Source: Botryllus schlosseri
Lineage: Eukaryota
Assembly: GCA_051294905.1 (NCBI GenBank)
Contig: CM119379.1
Coordinates: 20,708,001 to 20,772,000, forward strand
Length of the DNA: 64,000 bases
Direction of reading: 5' to 3'
Made by a program: the position numbers and the translations under genes. Shown here one piece after another: positions 62,976 through 64,000 of the stretch. Position 1 is the first letter of the stretch. Each line of letters starts with the position of its first letter. Under the pieces are notes generated by a model. The model worked only from the letters and a program-made list of their open reading frames with translations, did not search any database and was not told the origin of the DNA.

Positions 62976-63332
62976 CTCTTCCCCGCGTCGCTGTTCTTAT
63001 GGCGACAAAAAAGCCCAGAAAAAGAACGCGCTAACAAGGAATGGAAAGAGCAAGAAAAAGTCGTGAAATAGAGATTAACATCGAAAAAGAACTGTGACAC
63101 TTAAGCACTAGGTCAAGGGGAATGCCAGTGAGACTGGTCGTTCGGTATCCTCGTGTATCTGTTCATTACATCGCATAGTGCATGTCTTGTCGCATTTTAC
63201 ATTGTGTGTATTGATCAGATGAAAATATAATCTGACGATTATTGAGCGATTACCAGCCGAAATAGGTATTAGAGATTTTGGAAAACGAGTGTTCTGAGCC
63301 CCTTAAATGCACTGAATGTATCACTTGTTGAC

Positions 63333-63682
63333 TAGTGTCACCATATTCTGGAATCGGGAAAGGATGACACTTTTTCAAAATTTTGAAACTTGGAATACCG
63401 GAGATAAATCCTTAAAAAATGGTAAATTCTTTCCACTTCGTAGTCGGTTAGCTAAAACAAAAGTCAACTTTCGCTCAGCTCCCGAAATACCCGCCTGGGC
63501 GTTAGTTCAGTGCTATTTTATGGTTTCTCGGTCGAATTTTGCCCTGTGCTTAATCAAAATTCTAAAAAAGAGGACAAAATCTCAAAAAGGAGGGCATTTA
63601 GGCGTCCTCGGAGGACATTTTCAAAAACCCGAAAAAGTAGGACAAATCCTCCTAAAGGAGGACGTATATGGTGGTAACCCTA
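63333..63682. mobile_element. TAGGGT..CCA-type hAT MITE (350 bp) with perfect 8-bp TSD
   Basis: Ends TAGTGTCACCATAT / ATATGGTGGTAACCCTA; flanks ttgttgac / ttgttgac (8/8). Confidence 0.92.
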
Positions 63683-63897
63683 TTGTTGACCCTACAAAGA
63701 CGTTGTCTCGTCTACCACAAGCATCAAACTTCAGCAATATTGATGAATAAGGTGCGAATTGAGTAGTACATTCGGCATTTGTCGAAATGTTACATCATCA
63801 AAACAGCGATATATTGCTCGCGAGCAATAGGTTCCCAACCCCCGTCCTAGCTAGATTATACCTTATACACATGCAGTATTTGGTGCATCAGCTGAAA

Positions 63898-64000
63898 ATG
63901 GCTGTATCACCAAACTTACTCGAGAATGGCAGCGTCATCAAAGACCAGCTTGCAGTAGCAGAAAAGTTCAATCAGTATTTTTGCAACATTGGTCCGGATC
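63898..64000 (+). mobile_element. CR1/L2-like non-LTR retrotransposon ORF2 fragment running off the window
   Basis: Translates LLENGSVIKDQLAVAEKFNQYFCNIGPD, the I.D...IA..FN.YF..IG..L motif found between the endonuclease and RT domains in CR1/L2-group LINEs. Confidence 0.8.

Noticed and set aside
253-63750. Remaining 60-140-aa ORFs in the six-frame track
   Set aside because: Lengths expected by chance, often alternative starts, and no recognisable domains other than the transposon fragments listed.

Overview
Eukaryotic genomic DNA from an invertebrate chordate, most likely an ascidian/tunicate (inferred from the Islet C-terminus as I recall it, not from a database search). The only supportable protein-coding gene is a six-exon Islet-class LIM-homeobox gene on the minus strand. 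Its CDS is join(41735..41684, 37744..37555, 32171..31957, 30549..30110, 27048..26854, 25478..25335): 1236 nt, 411 aa, all introns GT-AG, intron phases 1,2,1,0,0. It encodes two LIM domains, a homeodomain and the LIM-binding domain. The ~24 kb downstream and ~22 kb upstream contain no other recognisable gene. They alternate CpG-rich blocks (candidate cis-regulatory DNA) with dense transposon debris: many hAT-type MITEs (several with 8-bp TSDs, some nested or composite), two DNA-transposase fossils, a foldback family, tRNA-derived SINEs, LTR-retrotransposon fragments and a CR1/L2-like LINE at the right edge. The best leads are an ATG-less 72-codon in-frame extension of Islet exon 1, two TATA+Inr promoters facing the Islet 3' end (one followed by a 44-aa sORF), a CATATG E-box cluster 9-11 kb upstream, YY1 motifs confined to the gene body, and a composite hAT element carrying homeodomain-site arrays on both sides of the gene. 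I found no clearly new biological system; the regulatory and non-coding calls are hypotheses.
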